Assembly: GCF_006345805.1 (NCBI RefSeq)
Contig: NW_021829056.1
Span: 1-7,046 of the forward strand
Source: Octopus sinensis
Lineage: Eukaryota
Length of the DNA: 7,046 nt
Direction: 5' to 3'
Under the pieces are notes generated by a model. That model saw only the letters and a program-made list of their open reading frames with translations, ran no database searches and had not been told where the DNA came from. Shown piece after piece: positions 1-7,046 of this stretch (positions are counted from its first letter, which is position 1; each line of letters begins with the position of its first letter). A program made the translations under genes and the position numbers.

Positions 1-619
1 TCTTGTCTTTCTGTTACTTAGAGGCGATTTTGAAATCCATTGAAGAGAGAAACTTGCAGTTAGCCATCCGTATCGGGGGAATACATTATGTTGTAGCTTA
101 CAGGGGAGGTGAACTTTTACCCTTATTTAGGCACACAAGCGCGCACATAGAAATACAGGTATATGAAATACCATACAACATAATTCTTGATTCATTAAAA
201 TTAACTTTTCCTGTGAAAAATATATTTCAAAATTACGAAACGATAATTAAGTCCAGTTGCACTTGAGAAGTGGTGATTAGCTCAAGAACCATGAATCCTT
301 CAATTTGATAAGCCATTATGGAAAAGAATATGTTTATTACCTGGAGAAAAGAAAATAGTACCGGATACCCGTTTCTGCCTCAATAAGTGTCATTAGCGCG
401 ACAGTCGTACGATTTTATGTGTGTGTATGTTCGAGAGAGAGAGAGAGGGTGAGAGAGGCGAGAAAGAGCAATATATGGAAAGCATACGAGCGTTTATGTT
501 TTGCAAATGCATGTTTTTTTTTACTTTGCTAAGATAATGTAGAAAATTTTTTTTTTACTCTTTCCCCTCTTTTTCTCTTGGTTAAAAATTATATGAACCT
601 GATTTATTAACAACTTATC

Positions 620-894
620 TGTAATCGGTTGCGCCAGCGTCGCCTTGACTGGCTTCTCTGCCGGTGGCACGTAAAAAGCACCAACCGATCGTGGCCGCTG
701 CCAGCCTCCCCTGGCTCCCTGTGCCGGTTGCACGTAAAAAGCACTCACTACACTCACGGAGTGGTTGGTGTTAGGAAGGGCATCCAGCTGTAGAAACACT
801 GCCAGCTCAGACTGGAGCCTGGTGTAGTCTCCTGGCTTCCCAGGCCCCGGTCGAACCGTCCAACCCGTGCGAGCACGGAAGACGGACGTTAAAC

Positions 895-930
<36 letters not shown>
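620..930 (+). mobile_element. SINE body and 3' end (5' tRNA head absent) with (GAT)12 tail
   Basis: GC-rich island in AT-rich DNA. Internal 22-bp direct repeat GCCGGT(G/T)GCACGTAAAAAGCAC at 660-681 and 723-744. Block GGTTGGTGTTAGGAAGGGCATCCAGCTGTAGAAAC (~763-797) resembles, from memory, the conserved Meta-type domain of an abundant octopus SINE. Ends in (GAT)12 at 895-930, a typical retroposon tail. Confidence 0.75.
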
Positions 931-932
<2 letters not shown>

Positions 933-1728
933 CATCGATTATAGTATCTTATAACTTTTTTTTAAAATATTCAATTTCGAAGAGATCTGAATTGCACAAT
1001 AGAACATTCTTTGGCAATGTGAATCAATGATGATTGTGTGGTGTTAAGTTAGAAATCTGACGTAACCAAATGAGCGTTGTAAACGCGCGTTTTGTCAGCC
1101 GCATTTTGAAACCGTTATATCAAACAAGATACTTTAGTCACATTTAATATACACTTACCAATATAATTTTAGTTTACATCAACGCTTATCCCATCGCTAC
1201 TTACTTCTTAATCTTTATTAATTATTTAACCTTTCAAATTTTTAACTGTTATTCAAGTAAGAGAGACCATTTCAATTTTCATCGTGTTTACGTACGTAAT
1301 GGATTGTAATAGGCTAGTAATTTCTCTCTGTAGATAGAATATAAGGTACTAATGTTTGAAAAGATTCTAATGATCTCAATTTCTGTCCATAGAGAGGGAA
1401 ATTAATTTGTGGTTTCATCCCAGCTTCTGATTACTTTCCGTTGCTAGGCTACAAAGTGCGTCTTAACTAAAAGTGGAGGCATGTAGTTTACATATGTGGT
1501 TTTCCTATCTATGTGTATTTAACATTTGAATATAACTAGATGTATGTATATGTATGAATGCATATATGTGTGTAAGTGTGTGCGTGTATGTATCGTTGTG
1601 TATGTATACACGCACACACACCACACACATAAATATAGTTCAAGACAAAAGGGAAAACGAAAGAAAAGTACAGGTGAGGGAACAACCAGCAGGTGTATTA
1701 GTTTGACGCTCGGGAAGTATGGAAAAGT

Positions 1729-1764
1729 CTGTGACGTTTCAAGTCTATGCTCTTCGACAGAAAG
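1729..1764 (-). ncRNA. Degenerate minimal type I hammerhead-like motif, probably a PLE pseudo-LTR remnant
   Basis: The - strand reads CTTT-CTGTCGA-A-GAGC-ATAG-ACTT-GAAA-C-GT-C-ACAG. This follows hammerhead order (stem I, CUGANGA, stem II, GAAA, palindromic ACGT stem III, GUC, stem I) but has A6>U in the core and one mismatch each in stems I and II. Confidence 0.4.
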
Positions 1765-1820
1765 GGTTGAGAGGAAAAGTACAGAGAGAACGGAAAAGAA
1801 AAAAACCGGAGGCGGAAAAA

Positions 1821-1830
1821 TGTGTGTGTG

Positions 1831-1888
<58 letters not shown>

Positions 1889-1913
1889 TGTGTGTTTGTG
1901 TTTGTGTTTGTGC

Positions 1914-1946
<33 letters not shown>

Positions 1947-1960
1947 TGTGTGTGTGTGTA
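1821..1960. repeat. Compound (TG)n/(TA)n/(TGTT)n microsatellite
   Basis: Directly visible. It generates the HTHT/CVCV pseudo-ORFs at 1519-2055. Confidence 0.97.
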
Positions 1961-2024
1961 TAAACAATAGTATACAGTAAGATCCATGATGGTAGAATCC
2001 GATCAGAAAAGTAGAACGTTATAT

Positions 2025-2372
2025 ATGATGATGATGACCCCCTTCGGTCAGACACTGACCATGGGTTTGCACCTAGAGAGTTACCCTCTAAGGCACAAGT
2101 CTGGGCAAGGTTGTTTTTTTTTATGGAAGACTAGCAGTCGCCCATGCATACCGGCCTCCCCTCTCCACGTCACCGATGTTGTCCAAGGGAAAGGCAAGGG
2201 CCGATACAGCTTGGCACCTGTGACGTCGCAACTCATTTCTACAGCTGAGTGAACTGGAGCAACGTGAAATAAAGTGTCTTGCTCAAGAACACAACACGCA
2301 GCCCGGTCCGGGATTCGAGCTCACAACCTCGCGATCGTAAGCTCGACGCTCTAACCACTGAGCCACGCGCCT
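2025..2372 (-). mobile_element. Full-length tRNA-derived CORE-type SINE with (CAT)n tail
   Basis: On the - strand: A-box TGGCTCAGTGG (2365-2355), B-box-like GAGCTCGAATCC (2322-2311), and CORE-like GTTGTGTTCTTGAGCAAGACACTTTATTTCACGTTGCTCCAG (2295-2254), which is 39/42 identical to 5494-5535. Short (CAT)n tail at ~2025-2037. TTATATAT on both flanks (2019-2026, 2372-2379) is a possible but low-complexity target-site duplication. Confidence 0.85.
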
Positions 2373-2391
2373 TATATATATATATATAATT

Positions 2392-2621
2392 ATCTGTTTC
2401 AATCGTTTAATTGTGGCCTTGCTGGGGCACCGCCTTGAAGAGTTTTAGTCGAAGAAATCAACCCGAAGATTTATTTTTTCAACCCTAGTACTTATTCTAT
2501 CGAGCACTTTTTGCCGAACTGCTAAGTTACGGAGATGTAAACACACCAACGTAAACAAACCAACGCCGGTTGTCAAGACTTACTGGGGGACAAACATACA
2601 GACACACACATATATATACAC

Positions 2622-2666
<45 letters not shown>

Positions 2667-2845
2667 TATATATAAACACGTACGACAGGCTTCTTTCAGT
2701 TTTCGTCAACCAATTCCAGCACAAAGAATTGGTCGGCCCGAGGTTGTGGTAGAAGAAACTTGTCCAAGGAGCCACGCAGTGAGACTGAACCAGGATCCAT
2801 GTGGTTGGGAAGCAAGCTTTTCACCACACAGCCCCGCCTGCACCT
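2392..2845 (-). mobile_element. tRNA-derived SINE with internal (TA)n/(TG)n microsatellite
   Basis: The - strand head is AGGTGCAGGCGGGGCTGTGTGGTGAAAAGCTTGCTTCCCAACCACATGGATCCTGGTTCAGTCTC (A/B-box-like), followed by CORE-like GCGTGGCTCCTTGGACAAGTTTCTTC. An internal microsatellite spans ~2586-2673, and the 3' region matches my recollection of a common octopus SINE. Local 14-bp tandem duplication at 2537-2564 (GTAAACACACCAAC/GTAAACAAACCAAC). Confidence 0.75.
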
Positions 2846-2846
2846 G

Positions 2847-2953
2847 AAATGGATTAATGGTAAAGTCAACCCAGATCGAATTTAAACTCAGAAAGTAAAG
2901 ACGAACAAAATGTTTAGCAGCGTTTTGCCCACCATGCTAACGACTCTGCCAGC
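2847..2953 (-). mobile_element. 5' fragment of a third tRNA-derived SINE family
   Basis: The - strand reads GCTGGCAGAGTCGTTAGC (A-box-like) ... TCTGAGTTTAAATTC (B-box-like) ... GGGTTGACTTTACCATTAATCCATT. The last 25 nt match 5262-5286 at 19/25, so this is the same family as the 5172-5293 fragment. Confidence 0.65.
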
Positions 2954-3318
2954 GTGTGTTTTTATGGTTATGTTTGCATATAAATGAATAATCGTATACA
3001 CATGTGTATATTTAAATCTATTGTATGTACAATGTGTGTGTGTGTGACTTTTGTATCTGATTAGGAATCTATGAATATTTGTATTTCACAGGTATCAGAG
3101 AGGCTCAACGGTGCAGTTTCGCCAAGCAATTGCCAGAAATTTTCCCAGAAATTCGAAAAAATTACTCCACTGTAAATTCGCACAAAGTTAGGATAGCCTT
3201 CTCCAATACTAAAAATCTTTCACAGATAATTTCCTCCCATAACAATAAGCTGCTGAATAAGGCCCTCTCACCCATGAACGGAGACTCTGCTCCGTCTAAT
3301 TCCAACATAACACACAGT

Positions 3319-3338
3319 AATAATAATAATAATAATAA

Positions 3339-3390
<52 letters not shown>

Positions 3391-3426
3391 TAATAATAAA
3401 ATAATAATAATAATAATAATAATAAT
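3319..3426 (+). repeat. (AAT)n microsatellite with three single-A deletions
   Basis: Directly visible. The AAT phase slips at ~3337-3340, ~3390 and ~3398-3401. Confidence 0.97.
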
Positions 3427-3465
3427 AGAACTGGCACAGATATTAGCAACCTCCATACCAACATT

Positions 3466-3573
3466 GGAGTTAGTAATAGTAATAAGGATAAGAGCAATGA
3501 TCTCGTCATTAATGTAGGGGGAGTAAGTAATGGTAATAAGGATAAGAGCACTGATCTAGTCATTAATGTAGGG
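3466..3573 (+). repeat. 54-bp in-frame tandem duplication (2 copies)
   Basis: 3466-3519 versus 3520-3573, with 4 substitutions. Encodes GVSNSNKDKSNDLVINVG / GVSNGNKDKSTDLVINVG. Confidence 0.95.
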
Positions 3574-4765
3574 AGTCCCAACAATAATATTAGCAGCGGT
3601 TTTAACAGCAGTAGTATTACGGACATTATCAATCACAGCATTCACAGTAACAGGGAATATGCAGGTGATATTGCCTTAAATAGTAATGATAATTGGGTGA
3701 ATAATATCGAATCCAGCGGTAGTTTTTACAATCATCATAGTAATAAGAACGCTGTATTAATATCGGAAACCAATCCCAATAGATTAAGGTTCTTATCTAG
3801 TAACTCCAAGATTAGAAACGCCATTTACCAGTGCAGAGTTTATACTGATTCAGATGTCTACATTTATATCGGAGCTTCATCATCGAAATTGGCTGTTAGA
3901 ATATCGAATCATTTTTCCACGTTCCGTGATAAGGAAAAGCAACACGCTACGGGGCTAAGCAAATTAGTCTGGCGTTTGAAGAACGCGAATTCAACTTTTA
4001 GACTGGAATGGTCAATTTTATCGGCGTCTTTACCGTTTGAAAGGGGCAAAAAAATCTGTGCTCTTTGTAACTCGGAACTCTTTCATATTCTGTTCGCCCG
4101 AGGGCACCTTGTTAACTCGATTGTGCAAAATTCTTTCAGATGCCCCCACTGGAAACGGCATACATTTCTCTCATACCAATGAAGTCTAATATAGTTAACC
4201 CCTTGATTTCCTAAGAAAATTGAAAAAAATTTGAATTAAATTTGTAAGGGGATATCCCTTCCCTGTTAGTATAAGAACTGCTAGTTGTCTAGAACTGCTG
4301 ATATCCCTGACAGCAGCACTGTATCCTGCCATGACCATTGTGGACATCCCCTTTCTCTATCAAGTGGTTACAGACGAACACACAGACACAGTCTTTTCTG
4401 TTGCTTGACCATTAATACCTGCTATATCTCTCTCTCTTGCTGCCTTCGAAACACACTGCCACACATACATAGACGCACACACACATACATGAAAGCAATT
4501 TCTCACGCTCAAACACTCTAGCACTCATTCTTAAAATAATTCAAATATTAACACCAGTCATACAGAATACATTCACACTCTTTGATTTTCCTGTACTCCC
4601 CTTCTGCTAACCGGATTTTGACCTTGAATTATCTCAACGGACCTTCTCGTCTGCTTTCAGACAGCCTGGCGTCAACGCATATAGATAGACAGTTTGTGCC
4701 ATTTATTCCATGGGCTCCTCGTGAGCGTTTATCGAAAATCTTGCTGTGCATTTTGTTGGAGAATT

Positions 4766-4876
4766 AAGTTCCTGCATTTTCCTGAAGAGAAGGCTGCAAG
4801 ATGGACTCCTTATTCAATCCGAATTAGGGACTTTGCAGCCTTTGAAACATATGTAGAAAATAATAAAAAGGAATTT
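4766..4876 (+). ncRNA. Type I hammerhead ribozyme
   Basis: Stem I ATTTTC (4776-4781)/GAAAAT (4856-4861), extended by AAGTTCCT (4766-4773)/AGGAATTT (4869-4876). Core CTGAAGA (4782-4788). Stem II GAAGGCTGCAA (4789-4799)/TTGCAGCCTTT (4833-4843), 10 Watson-Crick pairs plus a G-U. GAAA (4844-4847). Palindromic stem III ACATATGT (4847-4854). Cleavage triplet GUA, predicted cut after 4855. Confidence 0.9.
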
Positions 4877-5071
4877 TGTTAAATCTTCGTTCAGCTCCAT
4901 TTCTTCCTACACTAAATATATATAAAACTTCAAATTTCCGCACTAAGGCACGGATTTTAGGCCCCATGGTCGTAACCTCAACCGTGCTTTTTCTGTTGTG
5001 ATTTTTGCTACCCAGATATCGGTTATCATTTGAATTATCCGTAATAAGATAATTCATTTATCTACTTCAAT

Positions 5072-5111
5072 AATATATATATATATATATTATATATATA
5101 TATATATATAT

Positions 5112-5143
<32 letters not shown>

Positions 5144-5145
5144 CT
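5072..5145. repeat. (TA)n microsatellite
   Basis: Directly visible. Confidence 0.97.
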
Positions 5146-5171
5146 GTACATATATACACATGTCCTTTCTA

Positions 5172-5293
5172 TTAGAGCCACAAAGCCTCAGATTTGAAGG
5201 GAGGGGACTAGTCGATTACATCGACTCCAATGTTTTACTGGTAATTAATTTATCGACCCCGAAAGGATGAAAGGCAAAGTCGACCTCAGCGAA
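5172..5293 (-). mobile_element. 3' fragment of tRNA-SINE (same family as 2847-2953)
   Basis: The - strand reads GCTGAGGTCGACTTTGCCTTTCATCCTTTCGGGGTCGATAAATTAATTACCAGT...GTCGATGTAATCGACTAGTCCCCTCCC. It overlaps in sequence with the 2847-2872 segment. Confidence 0.7.
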
Positions 5294-5414
5294 CATTTAT
5301 ACACATATACCAGAACAAACATATACAAATACACACACACACGCACACACACATATAGCCAGTTTATCTACACTGAGCTGACCATCTGTATGCCTATGTT
5401 TATATATGTTTCGT

Positions 5415-5677
5415 GGAGGAGCGTAGCTTAGTGGTTAGGGTGTTGAACACATGATTGTAAGTTTGTGGTTTCATTTACTGGATTAGGCGACGCGTTGTGT
5501 TCTTGAGCTAAACACTTCATTTCACGTTGCTCCAGCCCACTCAGCTAGCAAAAGTGAGGTAATCCTGCAAGGGACTAGAGTCCCATCTAGGTGGGGGGAA
5601 TTTATACCCCATGAAAACTGGGAAACCAGCCCTTATGTGTCGGTAGGACTCGAAAGGGTAACCTTTTTCATATATAT
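5415..5677 (+). mobile_element. tRNA-derived CORE-type SINE, older copy
   Basis: A-box TAGCTTAGTGG (5424-5434), decayed B-box, and CORE-like block 5494-5535 (39/42 identical to the reverse complement of 2254-2295). The 3' part differs from the 2025-2372 SINE, and the 3' boundary is approximate. Confidence 0.75.
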
Positions 5678-5760
5678 TCATCTGCCTTCAAACGAAATAG
5701 CTAGCTATCTGTTTGTATGTCATTCTATCCTTCTACTTTTCTTCTATTTCCACTCTGATG

Positions 5761-5762
5761 TG

Positions 5763-5797
<35 letters not shown>

Positions 5798-5806
5798 GTG
5801 TGTGTG
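5761..5806. repeat. (TG)n microsatellite
   Basis: Directly visible. Confidence 0.97.
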
Positions 5807-5820
5807 CGGTGAGTATGTGC

Positions 5821-6043
5821 ATGAACGGATAAATTCACTGCAGCACCATTTCTTTTACTTAACAGAACTCCTCCATTTAACATTGTCCCAAAAGAAATCA
5901 AAGAAAAAAATTCCATCATTTTGAAACGAAACTTAGACACATTTCTAAAAGAGATACCAGATAAGCCACATATACCTGGACACGTCTCACTCAACAACAA
6001 CTATCTGCTTGAATGGGCCATAATACCACAAAACCCATCTTAA
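5821..6043 (+). mobile_element. 5'-truncated 3' end of a CR1/L2-group LINE ORF2 (pseudogene fragment)
   Basis: Frame 2 at 5876-6043 gives FNIVPKEIKEKNSIILKRNLDTFLKEIPDKPHIPGHVSLNNNYLLEWAIIPQNPS*. This matches the recalled C-terminal pattern 'FN.LP.EIR...FKR.LD.FL..IPD.P...GY....NSL..W' of invertebrate CR1/L2-type RTs. Upstream SLQHHFF is in another frame (frameshift near 5865-5875). The ORF track does not list it. Confidence 0.7.
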
Positions 6044-6799
6044 AATTGACCTAATTGCTCCTATCGGGTGGTACTATTAAGTTGATCATGGCCTGAGCTA
6101 ATCTTTGGCCGAAGGGGAGCGAAAAGAGGCCATAAGAATAAGGTGAGTGGAAGCGAGATAAAGAGAAATGTCACATTTTGTAGACTTAAATAGTAACATA
6201 TACGGTGAAATACTATTATCAAATATTGTTATATTTTGGGATGGTCATTTTTTCTTGCCAAATAAATACACGCACTATACATTCGTTCTTCACTTGTATA
6301 TTATTGCTCTTATTTCATCTTATGTTCATTGTCTGGACATCTTGTGTCACACACCTGTGACATCTTCAGCGACTTTTCCACCCCACGTGTTTCCTCTATT
6401 TAGTCTATTCTGTTTTGTTATGGTGTGTATCCTTCTATGTGCGTGCGTGTGTGTACGCGTCTATTTGTTGTGAGCATGTGTTTTGTATATGGGTGTGGTT
6501 ATATATTGTTTGTATACGTGCCCTTTATATAATTTTTTATCATTATTTATTTACTTATTTCATCATAAGTATGTGTATGTGTGCCTTTTGTGTGAGTGTA
6601 TATGGGTTTATGTATAATAAAGTTTGTGTCTTCGTCTTTTTTCCTGTGTTTGGTCGTCGTGTTACGTCGTGTGGAGGTAGTGTGTATCATTATTTCATTC
6701 GTGTTTTTCATTCGCTCTATTGCTATGTGTGTGGCCTCTATAATATGTCTAAGTGGCGTGTCTGTTCTATGTGTTGATAATACTATAACTTTTATGTTA

Positions 6800-6929
6800 T
6801 TAATCAAGCCTCTTGCTCTCATTGAGCATGTTGCTAGAGCAGGACTCCTCTTTGAGTTCCTGCCAGTGAACATCTTTCAGTTCCCCTATGCTGCATGCCG
6901 TCTCCCCATTGTAAATCGCTGTCTTGTTT
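6800..6929 (-). CDS. Possible terminal coding exon of an unidentified host gene
   Basis: On the - strand: branch-point-like GACTAAC (A at 6962), an AG-free T-rich tract, acceptor TACAG| at 6930, then a phase-2 frame NKTAIYNGETACSIGELKDVHWQELKEESCSSNMLNESKRLD* (TAA 6802-6800). AATAAA at 6551-6546. No homology recognised. Confidence 0.3.
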
Positions 6930-7046
6930 CTGTATCAAAATTATGAGTAAAAATAATAGGGTTAGTCATGACTAGAACGATTTTTGATAACTGGCCAGTA
7001 CAATCAGTACTGACTTGCCGCAAAAATAAAACAATAACGACAAGGA

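Larger units (their letters stand above)
3061..4182 (+). pseudogene. PLE ORF C-terminal part, interrupted only within the (AAT)n tract; GIY-YIG endonuclease at ~3820-4182
   Basis: Frame 1 is open at 3061-3390 and again at 3400-4182. Motifs: AIY (3820-3828), YIG (3865-3873), R (3898), H (3910), T.LSK.VW.LK, W, CALC (4057-4068), E (4075), N (4114), CPH (4141-4149), stop TGA 4180-4182. Confidence 0.85.
3061..4915 (+). mobile_element. 5'-truncated Penelope-like retroelement (RT-thumb/linker remnant + GIY-YIG endonuclease + 3' UTR with hammerhead)
   Basis: Frame 1 encodes FAKQLPEIFP...NSHKVRIAFSNTKNLSQIISSHNNKLL, which resembles the post-RT motif 'FL.LI..HFP...N...VKVSYS...N...II..HN.K.L' of some PLEs. 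A C-terminal GIY-YIG domain follows, then a hammerhead in the 3' UTR, which is the canonical PLE layout. Flanked by (TG)n at ~3035-3046 and a TA run at ~4916-4924. Boundaries are approximate. Confidence 0.85.

Noticed and set aside
660-744. Two 22-bp direct repeats with a 41-nt spacer, superficially CRISPR-like
   Set aside because: Only two copies, inside a SINE body in eukaryotic DNA, with no cas genes.
521-799. 92-aa minus-strand ORF, and similar ORFs at 1986-2252, 2527-2775 and 4285-4882
   Set aside because: They lie within SINE or PLE UTR sequence and are incidental frames.
1519-2055. Five overlapping ORFs rich in HTHT/CVCV
   Set aside because: These are translations of (TG)/(CA)/(TA) microsatellites, which lack stop codons in several frames.
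2300-2372. tRNA-like sequence with A and B boxes
   Set aside because: It continues into a CORE-like domain and repeat tail and has no acceptor stem, so it is a SINE head and not a tRNA gene.
3162-3632. Minus-strand poly-Ile/Leu and poly-Tyr ORFs that look like membrane proteins
   Set aside because: They are the antisense of the (AAT)n tract and Asn-rich PLE linker.
4246-4316. Palindrome GGGATATCCC (4249-4258) and hairpin CTGCTG/CAGCAG (4295-4316) in the PLE 3' UTR
   Set aside because: Short, with no ribozyme core or other recognisable motif. Significance cannot be supported without copy alignments.
6335-6369. CTGAAGA on the - strand followed by hairpin TGTCAC...GTGACA
   Set aside because: No GAAA follows the hairpin and no stem I/III partners were found, so it is not a hammerhead.
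6168-6946. Hydrophobic + strand ORFs (6168-6473, 6415-6777, 6596-6946) and - strand ORF 6547-6873
   Set aside because: They derive from TG/T-rich low-complexity sequence, overlap in several frames and show no motifs.

Overview
AT-rich animal (eukaryotic) genomic DNA, most likely octopus/cephalopod, inferred from recalled resemblance of the SINE families. It is dominated by microsatellites and retroelement copies, and most ORF-track entries are microsatellite artefacts. The main feature is a 5'-truncated Penelope-like element (PLE) on the + strand (~3061-4915). It has an RT-thumb/linker remnant, an Asn-rich expanded linker and a GIY-YIG endonuclease with recognisable catalytic residues. Its 3' UTR carries a well-formed type I hammerhead ribozyme (4766-4876) with an unusually long stem II and a palindromic stem III. 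A second, degenerate minimal hammerhead-like motif lies at 1729-1764 (-). The window also holds about six SINE copies or fragments, the 3' end of a CR1/L2-group LINE (~5821-6043) and a possible terminal host exon on the - strand (6800-6929).
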